64,000 bases of DNA. Source: an uncultured virus (IMG/VR IMGVR_UViG_3300025697_003303). Taxonomy: Duplodnaviria > Heunggongvirae > Uroviricota > Caudoviricetes. This document shows, piece by piece, positions 26,588-35,987 of this stretch. Position numbers and translations under genes: made by a program. Below the pieces are notes generated by a model. The model was not told the origin of the DNA, did no database searches, and saw only the letters and a list, made by a program, of their open reading frames with translations. Where the stretch lies: IMG/VR virus record IMGVR_UViG_3300025697_003303. One strand, written 5' to 3'. Numbering within the stretch: position 1 is the stretch's first letter; the number at the start of each line of letters is the position of its first letter.

Positions 26588-26897
26588 TGTTAATCTCTGT
26601 AGTATCTTCTGGTTGTTTTACTGTGGACATTAAAGTATCATTAATTCTTCTGATGATATCTTCTCTGGCTGGGGTCATATCAACAACTCCATTAATTTTT
26701 GATGCTAACTGTAATGCAAACATAGTAGCTTGTTCTAAGATGGGACTGTATGGTATGGTAGATACTATACTGTAGATAGCTGCATCATCTACTATACGTC
26801 CCTTGTCTGCTTCCATGAGCATCTTAGATATACTAGCAGCAAGTCTAGTCACTTCTGGAGACATATTTAATTGTGCTTCTTTATACCAATTCATCAT
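26535..26897 (-). CDS. NWYK-tagged hypothetical protein
   Basis: MNWYKEAQ N-terminus. Confidence 0.65.
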   Translation of the reverse strand: MMNWYKEAQLNMSPEVTRLAASISKMLMEADKGRIVDDAAIYSIVSTIPYSPILEQATMFALQLASKINGVVDMTPAREDIIRRINDTLMSTVKQPEDTTEINNDMAQENINGDNQAPQI

Positions 26898-28354
26898 TAT
26901 GCCACCGGTTGTTCTTTCTGTTGTTTTTGTTTATGACTCCACCATTCTTGTAAATTCATTCCCTTATATTCCTGAAGTCCGCTATCTATATCTTTATATA
27001 AACTACGAGTAAATCCGAATGGCATCATATCATTTGTATATTCGTCTTGAGCTTCATAATATTTTTCCATAGCTTTATCATATTCTTCAGAGGTTTCAAA
27101 ATCTTCTTCTTGAGGATAGGGAATACCAATATCTACATCGTAAAGATACTCATTAGCATCTTCTTCTGTTTTTTGAATTAAATCAGTAAGAATCTTTATT
27201 CCATCATGTTTTTCGTCCATAGAATTTATAGCTGCATGTACCAAATCTTCTCCCATACCTTGATCCCCACTATAGCCATAACCTCGATCAAATTTATTAA
27301 GATGCTGAATTATCCCATTATATGCTTGTTCTATTTCATAATAATCCCATGGATGATGAGAAAGTCCATACTCCCCCCCATCATTAACTAAATCAGAAAA
27401 TATGTCTGATACATGTCCCGAACCATATTGCCCAAATATGTCATCCAATTCTCTACTAATATAATCTTCATCTCCTATATATTTTGGTGCATCATCGGAA
27501 TTTTGTATCCAATGTTTAATCATTGCTTTATACTCATCTGCTGGAGAATGATTAGAGTTTCCTTGAATCTGATCTACAACTACTCCATCGCCTCGCAATT
27601 CTATTGTGACATGAGGTTCGTTATCAGCGTCTCTCAGAGAAGCAATTGATAAATCGCCCCGCTCCACATCATTGCAATAATCACCCACACAGTGATTCAT
27701 CCTATTTCCTTCAGTAGATAAATCATTTTTGCTAGTTACATTTTGAATGGTCCAACCCTTATACTCTTCTATTTCTTTTCCGGTTTTATTGTCTATCCAT
27801 GTGGGTCCATATAAGATATTTGCTTGTTGAGTCGGCTCATAGATCTTACCTTCTCCCTGTCCAGCAACAGAAGCATGCCATTCATCAGAAGCTTCTACTG
27901 CTTGATCATATGAGTAAGAAGAAATGTCTATGTTCATTCCACTACGTGTTACAAAATCTGTTATCTCAGATAGTTTTTGACCAAAACGATTGACAGAAGC
28001 ATAAACCATACGAACAAAAGATACATAATCTTGATCAAACCCATCATTCAACTTTGAAGATCTCCACATCTTCCTTGTCTGCTTCAAAACCCACGATTGC
28101 ATAATTTCTGGGAATTTAGTCATAAGAGCATCTTCTAATTGTTTATTAATATCTGGAGCTTTATATTGTTTAGGCATTTGTACTTGTTGTATCTCATTAA
28201 TAGTCATTTGCGGTCTCTTCCTAAACTCATTAGTCATTAATTGAGCAGAATTCTCATCTAAGCTAGATATATATTGAATGATATCTTCTGACGCACCTAT
28301 AGAGCGTAAATAATCGTCTCTGTTAGTAGCGATAACTATTCTGTACCAACTCAT
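26897..28354 (-). CDS. SWY-tagged protein with PcfJ-like domain
   Basis: MSWYRIVIA; L..EG..M.HCVG.Y, SLRD...PHVTIE and QIQG..N motifs. Confidence 0.7.
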   Translation of the reverse strand: MSWYRIVIATNRDDYLRSIGASEDIIQYISSLDENSAQLMTNEFRKRPQMTINEIQQVQMPKQYKAPDINKQLEDALMTKFPEIMQSWVLKQTRKMWRSSKLNDGFDQDYVSFVRMVYASVNRFGQKLSEITDFVTRSGMNIDISSYSYDQAVEASDEWHASVAGQGEGKIYEPTQQANILYGPTWIDNKTGKEIEEYKGWTIQNVTSKNDLSTEGNRMNHCVGDYCNDVERGDLSIASLRDADNEPHVTIELRGDGVVVDQIQGNSNHSPADEYKAMIKHWIQNSDDAPKYIGDEDYISRELDDIFGQYGSGHVSDIFSDLVNDGGEYGLSHHPWDYYEIEQAYNGIIQHLNKFDRGYGYSGDQGMGEDLVHAAINSMDEKHDGIKILTDLIQKTEEDANEYLYDVDIGIPYPQEEDFETSEEYDKAMEKYYEAQDEYTNDMMPFGFTRSLYKDIDSGLQEYKGMNLQEWWSHKQKQQKEQPVA

Positions 28355-29127
28355 GTTTTTAGTAACTCCAAATATTTAACTGGAATAGAACCATAAAATA
28401 TGACTGTTTCCGGGTCTAATCCCTGTTCAATCTCATAATGATAATCCTCTAAACCTATTTTGCTTGCCAACGCTTCTACTTGTTCCGCTTCACTAACAGG
28501 TTCTTCCATAGAAACATTAGGCATATATCCGTCTCTCTTCATCGCTCCAACATCTATCTTGAATACGTTATCGTAACTATAATAAGCAGTTTCAGGGTTA
28601 GAGCTAGTGAAAACAGAGCTTCCTGTAGATCTATTGCTTATTCCTCTAGTTTCGTCTCTTGCTCTAATCCCATCTTTTAAAATATCATCGACTCTATCTT
28701 CATATGTTCCATGATAAAGAGCATATCCCTCTAAAACATCATCCCAGAATTCTTTACTAAAATCTCTTTCGTCTAAATATTGATAAACTACGCCACTAAA
28801 CGCTTTATCGTTCAACCATTCTTCTGGATCTTTTAATTCGAAATAATTATCATCTATCTCTATAATATGCGAATTTCCGTTAATGTACGCTATTATAACA
28901 CTTTCTCCGTTTGGAAACGTCATTTTCTCATAATCGTCAGACATCTGATCAAGAATGTTCTTTAATTCTTGAATATTTTGTGCATTTTCTACAGTTTCTT
29001 CTATGGATATATCTCCTAGTTCAGGAGTTGGTAATAGATGTTCTGGTCTTTTATCAATATATTGATTTCTGTTTTGTTCGTTCCAGAAATTAAATTGCAT
29101 TTGTTGTGCTGTCTTATACCAGTTCAT
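28351..29127 (-). CDS. NWYK-tagged protein with ADP-ribosyltransferase/Tpt1-like C-terminal domain
   Basis: MNWYKTAQ; LYHGT...IL..GI, VFTS...A..Y, VFKID, E.VIF..SIP..YL. Confidence 0.6.
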   Translation of the reverse strand: MNWYKTAQQMQFNFWNEQNRNQYIDKRPEHLLPTPELGDISIEETVENAQNIQELKNILDQMSDDYEKMTFPNGESVIIAYINGNSHIIEIDDNYFELKDPEEWLNDKAFSGVVYQYLDERDFSKEFWDDVLEGYALYHGTYEDRVDDILKDGIRARDETRGISNRSTGSSVFTSSNPETAYYSYDNVFKIDVGAMKRDGYMPNVSMEEPVSEAEQVEALASKIGLEDYHYEIEQGLDPETVIFYGSIPVKYLELLKT

Positions 29128-29465
29128 TAGGACACCATCTCAACGGCAGAAAAAAGTCCTTGCAAATTATTTGTGACATTATGACTATTAACAGAAGTTA
29201 AATTGCCAATAACGTTTTTAGCGACTTCAACTACTTGATGCTCTGATCCCTGAGAGACAGTGGGATATCCTTTCAATTTATCTATATATATTTTCATGGT
29301 ACTAACTAAAGGAGTAATTCTCTTCATGTATGCCTTGTAATCGTTAATATTATTAATCTCATCAAAAACCTTATACATATATTTAGCTATAGAAATAATC
29401 CACTTCTCAGTGCTAAGAGCTTTATTGTAGTCTATTTCTTGTTGTGCTCCTTTATACCAGTTCAC
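29127..29465 (-). CDS. NWYK-tagged hypothetical protein
   Basis: GTG start, MNWYKGAQ. Confidence 0.65.
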   Translation of the reverse strand: MNWYKGAQQEIDYNKALSTEKWIISIAKYMYKVFDEINNINDYKAYMKRITPLVSTMKIYIDKLKGYPTVSQGSEHQVVEVAKNVIGNLTSVNSHNVTNNLQGLFSAVEMVS

Positions 29466-30502
29466 ACTTGGACTCCAACCTCTCTAAGTTGTTTGTCCCA
29501 CTCAGGAACAAACGTACCGGCTGACAAATCTTCTAATACGCCTTCTATATTACCCGCCATCGTATCTTGTTCGATATAATCAGTCATAGCACCTGTTTGA
29601 TGAGCAGCGTTAAGAGCAATATTTACAGATGCCATAAACTCTTGAGTATTTTCTGGATTAGAACTTTCTAGTCTAGAATTTATCGTCTCAATGGTTGATC
29701 TTGTCTTGTCTATCCCTTGCTCTTTCCAGTGTGCATACCAAACAGGAAAAACAAAATTCTTATAAAGTTCTACCAAAACCTCTTCAACATCACCACCTTC
29801 TATAAAACTTGACAACTGCTCTATGTCCTCTGCATAAATAAGCTGATCAACATCTATATCTTCTATTTCAAGGTTTTCGATAAAAGCGTGAGCATCTTCT
29901 TCACTCTTAAATTCTTTATTATAACGTTCAGAAAATTCTTCTAAACCTTCTTCTGATAAATCCGAGTATAAAGACTGTCTTCGAATGTCTAAAACTTCGT
30001 CAAAAGTCCAACTTAAACTAGGAAATTTTTCTGTATTCTCGGCAATAAAAGTTAAAAACTCTTGTACCGCCTTATACTCGCTATTTCTAGATTCTGTCGA
30101 AGATGGAGGTCTATTACCAAATCCCTGGTCATACTTTAGATACTCCTGCAACAAACCACCAAAACGCTCTTCAATATTTAAACCGTCAAACTCATCTTTT
30201 GCTCTTTCTGCTGCCCAAGTCCCTGGGTCTAAAATAGCATGACTCGCCAACCACTTGCCAAAAACACCAGATAATACATGCTTAACATTATCAGCAACCT
30301 CATTTAAATTACTTCTAAGATGTTCTGATATGTTTTGACGACGCTGCTCTAAACCATTGAAAGGATGCTGATTGATCATAGACCACTTGTACTCTAGTTC
30401 ATATAAACTATGCAAGTTTATTTCAAACTCGTTGCCAAATTCGTCATATGGAGTGATATTCCAAATCTGAGCTATCTTTATAATACTATACCAGTTCATC
30501 AT
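29462..30502 (-). CDS. NWY-tagged acidic helical protein
   Basis: MNWYSIIKIAQ. Confidence 0.65.
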   Translation of the reverse strand: MMNWYSIIKIAQIWNITPYDEFGNEFEINLHSLYELEYKWSMINQHPFNGLEQRRQNISEHLRSNLNEVADNVKHVLSGVFGKWLASHAILDPGTWAAERAKDEFDGLNIEERFGGLLQEYLKYDQGFGNRPPSSTESRNSEYKAVQEFLTFIAENTEKFPSLSWTFDEVLDIRRQSLYSDLSEEGLEEFSERYNKEFKSEEDAHAFIENLEIEDIDVDQLIYAEDIEQLSSFIEGGDVEEVLVELYKNFVFPVWYAHWKEQGIDKTRSTIETINSRLESSNPENTQEFMASVNIALNAAHQTGAMTDYIEQDTMAGNIEGVLEDLSAGTFVPEWDKQLREVGVQV

Positions 30503-30800
30503 CTTCTCCGAAATTTGGCACTAAATCTATACCAAATTTTTTAGCCAATTTTACTAAAGCGAAAATTATTAAAGCTCCACCCGGTAATACAAACAATGAA
30601 GCTAAAACCGAACCTTTTAATAAATCTTTAGCACAATCATTAGCTAACGCAATTTCTCCAGGTTCAGCTTGCCCTCTAAGCCATTTAATGTAAATCTGCA
30701 TCATCTCTCTTGAAGATCCGGTACCACTAGAAATAGCGTCTTTAATCTCTAAGAGCTTTTTCTTAATAAACCCAAATTGTGCTGTTTTATACCAATTCAC
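30486..30800 (-). CDS. NWYK-tagged LETM1-like membrane-associated protein
   Basis: MNWYKTAQ; KDLLK...LFVLPGGALIIFALVK..LVP.F pattern. Confidence 0.55.
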   Translation of the reverse strand: MNWYKTAQFGFIKKKLLEIKDAISSGTGSSREMMQIYIKWLRGQAEPGEIALANDCAKDLLKGSVLASLFVLPGGALIIFALVKLAKKFGIDLVPNFGEDDELV

Positions 30801-30823
30801 TTGTTAATTCTCTGCAATTCACT

Positions 30824-31519
30824 TTATTTTATGCCTACGTAATCGGATGCAAGGATTAAATCTCCTGGACCCATTACAGTCATTAGATTTTCCCAACTAA
30901 CATTATAAAATCCTGTACTATACTTCTTCAAACGATATTTATACAATCCAACATGAGAGTCAACAATCATAGCCTCTTTTTTGTTGTATCCATTAACAAC
31001 GACTGCATGCTCTTCTGAATCTTCATCTATATCTTTCTTATAACGAAAAAACATCGTCCAATTAAATGTCGCTATCAACGGTTCACCATTATCAATAGAT
31101 TGACGAATATAATCGCCAAAATTATAGTCTATTATTAAACCGTTTTTACGCCTCTTCGTAAGAAATTTGTGCATCAAACGACAATACCATTTATAATCAC
31201 ACTTCTTGTCTTTAGTTTTATTAAAAAATAGTTCCACTAAGTCTTTCTTGCTTTTAGTGGACCACTCATAATCTAAAAAATCTAAATTAGAACTAACTAT
31301 AATTACTTTGTCAAATCCTACAGCATTCAGCAATAACCCCATCTTCTGTGTTTCAAGTCCTTCAAATGGCTGTCCCTTTTTTCTTCTAAATAATCTGTTA
31401 GCTATACTTTTAGTCTTTTTGTAGTCAATATCTTTATTATAAAAATTAGCAAGAGATGCAATAGAAGCTACAGCACAATGCGAAGGTTCTTGAACAAATC
31501 TATTAACATTAATTCTCAC
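30824..31519 (-). CDS. C39-like papain-fold cysteine peptidase
   Basis: Q-x4-C (QEPSHC), EHAVVVNGY and IVDS catalytic motifs. Confidence 0.75.
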   Translation of the reverse strand: MRINVNRFVQEPSHCAVASIASLANFYNKDIDYKKTKSIANRLFRRKKGQPFEGLETQKMGLLLNAVGFDKVIIVSSNLDFLDYEWSTKSKKDLVELFFNKTKDKKCDYKWYCRLMHKFLTKRRKNGLIIDYNFGDYIRQSIDNGEPLIATFNWTMFFRYKKDIDEDSEEHAVVVNGYNKKEAMIVDSHVGLYKYRLKKYSTGFYNVSWENLMTVMGPGDLILASDYVGIK

Positions 31520-32013
31520 TCATTAGTTCTCAAAACAGCCTTTGCAAAAAGAGCTTCAAATAATTTGTTGGCATCTTGTTCTTCATTGAAATGAGATTTA
31601 ATAATTGGGAAAAACACTTTCGTTATTTCCGCTTTATCCTTACCTCTCAAAATCTCGAACGCCATCTGCGAAGAAAAAGCCTCTATTTCTTCGGGATCAG
31701 CAAAATAGAACTCTTGTTCTTTCTGCCTTGTCAACCAGTGTATCATCTCATGTACAAAAAAATGAAGATTTTCTTTAAAAAAACTATCTTTCTCAAAAAG
31801 GGTTTCGTTCAAATATATTGTCTTACTGTCTGACTGAGCAAACTTCCCATCTAGATCCATTACTTCAAAACGGAGCTTATCTACATCTTCTATAGGTATT
31901 CCATACGTTTTAAACATACGAACAAAAAACGCATTTGTCCTAACTATATTCCTAAGCTTATCACTAAGCTCCTGATTAGACATTCCAATTTTAGCTTGTT
32001 TAAACCAATTCAC
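31516..32013 (-). CDS. NWFK-tagged zincin metalloprotease-like protein
   Basis: MNWFKQAK; IYLN, HEMIH (HExxH) and EIEAF. Confidence 0.7.
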   Translation of the reverse strand: MNWFKQAKIGMSNQELSDKLRNIVRTNAFFVRMFKTYGIPIEDVDKLRFEVMDLDGKFAQSDSKTIYLNETLFEKDSFFKENLHFFVHEMIHWLTRQKEQEFYFADPEEIEAFSSQMAFEILRGKDKAEITKVFFPIIKSHFNEEQDANKLFEALFAKAVLRTNE

Positions 32014-34463
32014 TGCACTTTCTCCCAGGTCATAGACAAACGAGCAGTATCTAAAAGATCGACCCTTACCTCGTTCCCTTTATGCTTTCCAGTCTCTATA
32101 ATTACCAACATCGCATTATCTCTAACATCTTTAACATATCCTTCTGTTTGACCCGCTCCCCAACCTCCAGTCCTAAGCCTGACTCTATCTCCGATTTGGT
32201 ATGGAGCAACCGCTCCAGAACCAAGAAAAGAAATATCCTCGTCAGCTTCCAATGTCTCAGGAAGACCGATATCTGTTGGAACAGAACTAGCATCAGCCGT
32301 TTTAACTTTCTTAAACCAATTAGAAGCTTGCGTATTCTGCTGCTTCCAATGATTTAACCAATTTCTAGAATTATTTCTAATAAACATTTCTGCCTCCTCC
32401 GGATTAGAAACACTTCTTTCCCATTGAGCAGTGAACAATTTATTCACAGCAAAAGCAAGATAATGAAGCATCTTACCTTTAATATTAAAGAAAGCATTAT
32501 TGTCTACAAGCTCAGGAACGGTCTCAGACAAGATCTCTCTGATCCTATTCCCATCAATAAGAGTCTTTGTGATAGCAGTCCCGACTTCTTGTCGATATTG
32601 ATTCATCGTATCTATGTGTCCCTGCTTTTGCGACTGTAAAGCCTCTATCTCTTCTGTAGACAGATATCCCTTGCCAAGCTGATCTGCATGACTATGATGA
32701 ACAATAGAATCATAAAAATCGCCTACTTCATTCAAGAATTTACCCATATGTTTGTTTCTGCTCTTGTCTTTCATATTTGGTCGATCAAGCATAAACGGCC
32801 ACATGTGATGTTTAACAACAGTATTCACAAACTTCTTAACATCTTTATCAAATCCCATTCTTGTCATAGCATCTTGAGCGATATCTTTCGATTTTGAGTC
32901 ATGACCAATGTATTGCATAACACCAGGTCTTTTAGGATGCTCTTTTTGAATCTTAGGATCTAACTTGCCAAAATCGTGGAAGAAAGCAGCTAAATTCAAC
33001 CATCCTCGTTGTTGATCTTCTGAACCAATCTCTTTTGAGATATTATTTACGTTTTCTAATACGCTGAGGATATGGTTCATAACAGTATAGGTATGGTGAG
33101 GATTCTGTTGGTCCATGTCGATGTCTTTTAGCTCGTCCCCTATGTCTAGTACCTTTTTATATAAACCTGTCTCAAAAAGGATCCTGACGGCATCAGCAGG
33201 CTTTGAGCCAGCCATCATCTTAACGAATTCCGTAGATGCTCGTTCTGGAGCCAATTTTGGAGGACCATAAAAAGCTTGTACTTTAGGATCTTTCAAAGCA
33301 TCCAAAACACTTGGATCTATAGTAGCATCCTTGAATCTACTATAAAACCTCAAAACCCTAAGCATTCTAAGCGGATCGTCTTGAAAAGTCTTCTCTGGAC
33401 TCAATGGAGTCTTGAGAGTCATCGTCTGCAAATCTTGCAAACCATTAACGTAATCCTCAACTTGCCCAGTCTCTATATTATAATACAAAGCATTGATAGT
33501 CAAATCTCTTCGGACAACATCATCATTAACATTATCGGTTCTCTGAATGATAGGTTGTCTACTATCATCTGTGTAGGTTTCTGTTCTCATTGGAACAAAT
33601 TCTACTTTCTGACCAAAGATCTTGATACCGCCAACCATCAAATCTGGATTAGAATCCTCATCTGTTGGTTCGCTCGATTTCTCCAAACTTACAGCATAAC
33701 CTTTACTAATGCCTTCGATATTATTTGAAGCTGCATATTGTTGAAGAAGTTCAGCAAACTCAATCCCTGACATTGAACTAATGGCAATATCAATATCATC
33801 GCTCTCTTCACCTAGCAACTTATCCCGACACCAACCACCGGCTACACGAAGGTCAACATTCCTTGCTTGAGGAATAGCGTTTTTGGCATTGATAAGGAAA
33901 CCAAATATCTTCTTTTCTAGATCGACTAATTGTATTGTTGTATTCATCTGCGAAAACTTCCTAAAGTTAAAGGCTTCAGCTAAAACTGGTTTAGCTATTG
34001 CTGGGACTGTTTCTAGATTAAAAATATCTAAACTTAGTTCTGGTCTTTCATCGCTAACTATATTATTAATGTCAATGATTTGACATTCTGACAAGTGGTT
34101 ATTAACGTATATTCTTTTAACGAGATCGCCAAGTTCAAAATGATTAAATTCTGTGGAAGCGATAGCATCGCAAACATCTAGTTTTTGGTTATCTAATCTT
34201 ACTCCTATAAAGACAGGATAGCTTTGTAGGTATTTTTTGGCAAAGCCTAGAGAGAAGAAACATACTTTCTTAGGGTTAAAGACTTCATTACTGGATAACA
34301 CTTTTCTTAGTTCTATAATATCGCATGGATAGTATACAGTATTAGATTCTATCTGATACTTCTCTATATCTCTCTCTACTCTTTTCGGGTACTTCTGCAA
34401 CTCAGCAGAAAGTCCTCTGAATAGCGAAAGAACGTTATCAAACTGTGATGAGTCTTTTGTCAT
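32010..34463 (-). CDS. cca: CCA-adding tRNA nucleotidyltransferase with HD domain and extra N- and C-terminal domains
   Basis: AGGWCRD, DIDI, R.E.Y...SR.P loop, RRDLTINAL, DDPLRMLR..RF; HD motifs H..H, FHDFGK, GH, HHM. Confidence 0.9.
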   Translation of the reverse strand: MTKDSSQFDNVLSLFRGLSAELQKYPKRVERDIEKYQIESNTVYYPCDIIELRKVLSSNEVFNPKKVCFFSLGFAKKYLQSYPVFIGVRLDNQKLDVCDAIASTEFNHFELGDLVKRIYVNNHLSECQIIDINNIVSDERPELSLDIFNLETVPAIAKPVLAEAFNFRKFSQMNTTIQLVDLEKKIFGFLINAKNAIPQARNVDLRVAGGWCRDKLLGEESDDIDIAISSMSGIEFAELLQQYAASNNIEGISKGYAVSLEKSSEPTDEDSNPDLMVGGIKIFGQKVEFVPMRTETYTDDSRQPIIQRTDNVNDDVVRRDLTINALYYNIETGQVEDYVNGLQDLQTMTLKTPLSPEKTFQDDPLRMLRVLRFYSRFKDATIDPSVLDALKDPKVQAFYGPPKLAPERASTEFVKMMAGSKPADAVRILFETGLYKKVLDIGDELKDIDMDQQNPHHTYTVMNHILSVLENVNNISKEIGSEDQQRGWLNLAAFFHDFGKLDPKIQKEHPKRPGVMQYIGHDSKSKDIAQDAMTRMGFDKDVKKFVNTVVKHHMWPFMLDRPNMKDKSRNKHMGKFLNEVGDFYDSIVHHSHADQLGKGYLSTEEIEALQSQKQGHIDTMNQYRQEVGTAITKTLIDGNRIREILSETVPELVDNNAFFNIKGKMLHYLAFAVNKLFTAQWERSVSNPEEAEMFIRNNSRNWLNHWKQQNTQASNWFKKVKTADASSVPTDIGLPETLEADEDISFLGSGAVAPYQIGDRVRLRTGGWGAGQTEGYVKDVRDNAMLVIIETGKHKGNEVRVDLLDTARLSMTWEKVQ

Positions 34464-34672
34464 TATTTATTTCTCTTTCTTCTACAACCACCGCAACCGC
34501 CTTTTTTAGACGCTGTTTTTTTAGTAGTTGTTTTTGTACTCTTCGATGTAACCTCAGATAATTTACGTACATTTAGCTTTTTTAACAACATCTTTTCTTT
34601 TGTTCTAATTATTCTTTTTTGTCTCAATGTTAGTTCTTTTTTTGTCTTTTTTTTTAATCTTTTTTTATTCAT
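34463..34672 (-). CDS. Small highly basic protein
   Basis: Lys/Arg-rich 69 aa ending GGCGGCRRKRNK. Confidence 0.55.
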   Translation of the reverse strand: MNKKRLKKKTKKELTLRQKRIIRTKEKMLLKKLNVRKLSEVTSKSTKTTTKKTASKKGGCGGCRRKRNK

Positions 34673-35302
34673 TTATTTTTCCACTATTAGGCTACCCATA
34701 GTATCTGCTAACTCGTTCAAAAGATCTAAAAACGCACGTTTAACTTCTTCGTTAGAGGTATTTTTGATTTTATCAGCTAGAATTCCTTGCAGATTCTCCA
34801 ACATAACTTCAATAGGAGTTAATTCGTTATCAATCTCATCTATCTTATCTTCTAGACCGGACATACCATCAGATAGTTTCTTTAATATATCTGCACTTCT
34901 ACGACGATCATCTATAGGCATACCATCTGTTTCTGCTGCTATCAAAACGAATTCTCTGCTCAGAGCCTTTATTCTACCATATAAATTAACTCTACGATCA
35001 TATTTATTACAAGAATATCTATCTACATCTTCGAGCCATTCTTTAACGCTTTCAAGCCTTTGACTTCCCAAATAATGTTTCAATAAATGATTTCTAACAG
35101 ATTGATAACATATTTCTTCTCCTTTGTCAAGTAAAAAACGTCTCACAGCCCTAACATTATTACTTTGTTCGTATTTTTCTTCAGCTTCTACTCTAAATTC
35201 AGACTGACACAACTTACAATTCTTTTTTGAAATTTTTGTGTCTTGAACTAAAGTAACCAACTTATCTTCTTCTTCTACCTTCTTAATCTCTTTTTTAGAC
35301 AT
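34673..35302 (-). CDS. Zn/HTH plus coiled-coil protein (terminase small subunit-like architecture)
   Basis: CKLC...VRAVRRFL..G..I.YQSVRNHL.KH followed by helices; start reassigned to 35302 (AAAGGA RBS). Confidence 0.4.
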   Translation of the reverse strand: MSKKEIKKVEEEDKLVTLVQDTKISKKNCKLCQSEFRVEAEEKYEQSNNVRAVRRFLLDKGEEICYQSVRNHLLKHYLGSQRLESVKEWLEDVDRYSCNKYDRRVNLYGRIKALSREFVLIAAETDGMPIDDRRRSADILKKLSDGMSGLEDKIDEIDNELTPIEVMLENLQGILADKIKNTSNEEVKRAFLDLLNELADTMGSLIVEK

Positions 35303-35669
35303 TTTCTTTCCTTTTTCTGGTGCGTTCAGGAAGTTTCTTCTCAATGAAATCTTTTCTATCTTTCTCCATTTCATCTACCTTTATAACCAGCATATCTACA
35401 GCCTCTTGACACAATAAATCAAACTTATTATAACTATCTAGAGACTTCTCAAACGCTACTTGAAGTATTTCCTTTATCTCTGGGAACGACGACATGATTT
35501 TATCTTCTACTATTCTCTTGACGATAGCACGAGCATGAGGAGCATTCTGATATACATATTGTGACAAATAATCGAGTTTTCTGACCATCTTCTTGAAAGC
35601 TCTTATTCGATCATTAATATCATTTCTATCTTTAAAAGTAGAAAGCTCAGATTGTTTATACCAACTCAT
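35295..35669 (-). CDS. SWYK-tagged hypothetical protein
   Basis: MSWYKQSE. Confidence 0.65.
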   Translation of the reverse strand: MSWYKQSELSTFKDRNDINDRIRAFKKMVRKLDYLSQYVYQNAPHARAIVKRIVEDKIMSSFPEIKEILQVAFEKSLDSYNKFDLLCQEAVDMLVIKVDEMEKDRKDFIEKKLPERTRKRKENV

Positions 35670-35672
35670 ATT

Positions 35673-35987
35673 TTAAAGTTCCTGATTGCGACTAAGCTGT
35701 AAAGCAAAGTTCTGTAGGGTTTCATTGTAATTATTCCATACATTTTCCAATTGAGCTATTTCTGTTTTTATTATCCTTACGTCTGATGCATCTTCTGCCC
35801 AATGTCCTTGATATTCATCTCCAGTCATGTCAGTCATTTCCTCAATCAGTTCTAAATCTTGTGTAAGCTCTTTATATCTGGACAAAACAGTAACAAGATA
35901 TTCTATGTCATCTCTATTTGATTCCATGAACTGTTGAGCATGCTCGACCATCGTATTTTCTCTTAATGATTGTTTATACCAACTCAT
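35673..35987 (-). CDS. SWYK-tagged hypothetical protein
   Basis: MSWYKQSL. Confidence 0.65.
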   Translation of the reverse strand: MSWYKQSLRENTMVEHAQQFMESNRDDIEYLVTVLSRYKELTQDLELIEEMTDMTGDEYQGHWAEDASDVRIIKTEIAQLENVWNNYNETLQNFALQLSRNQEL

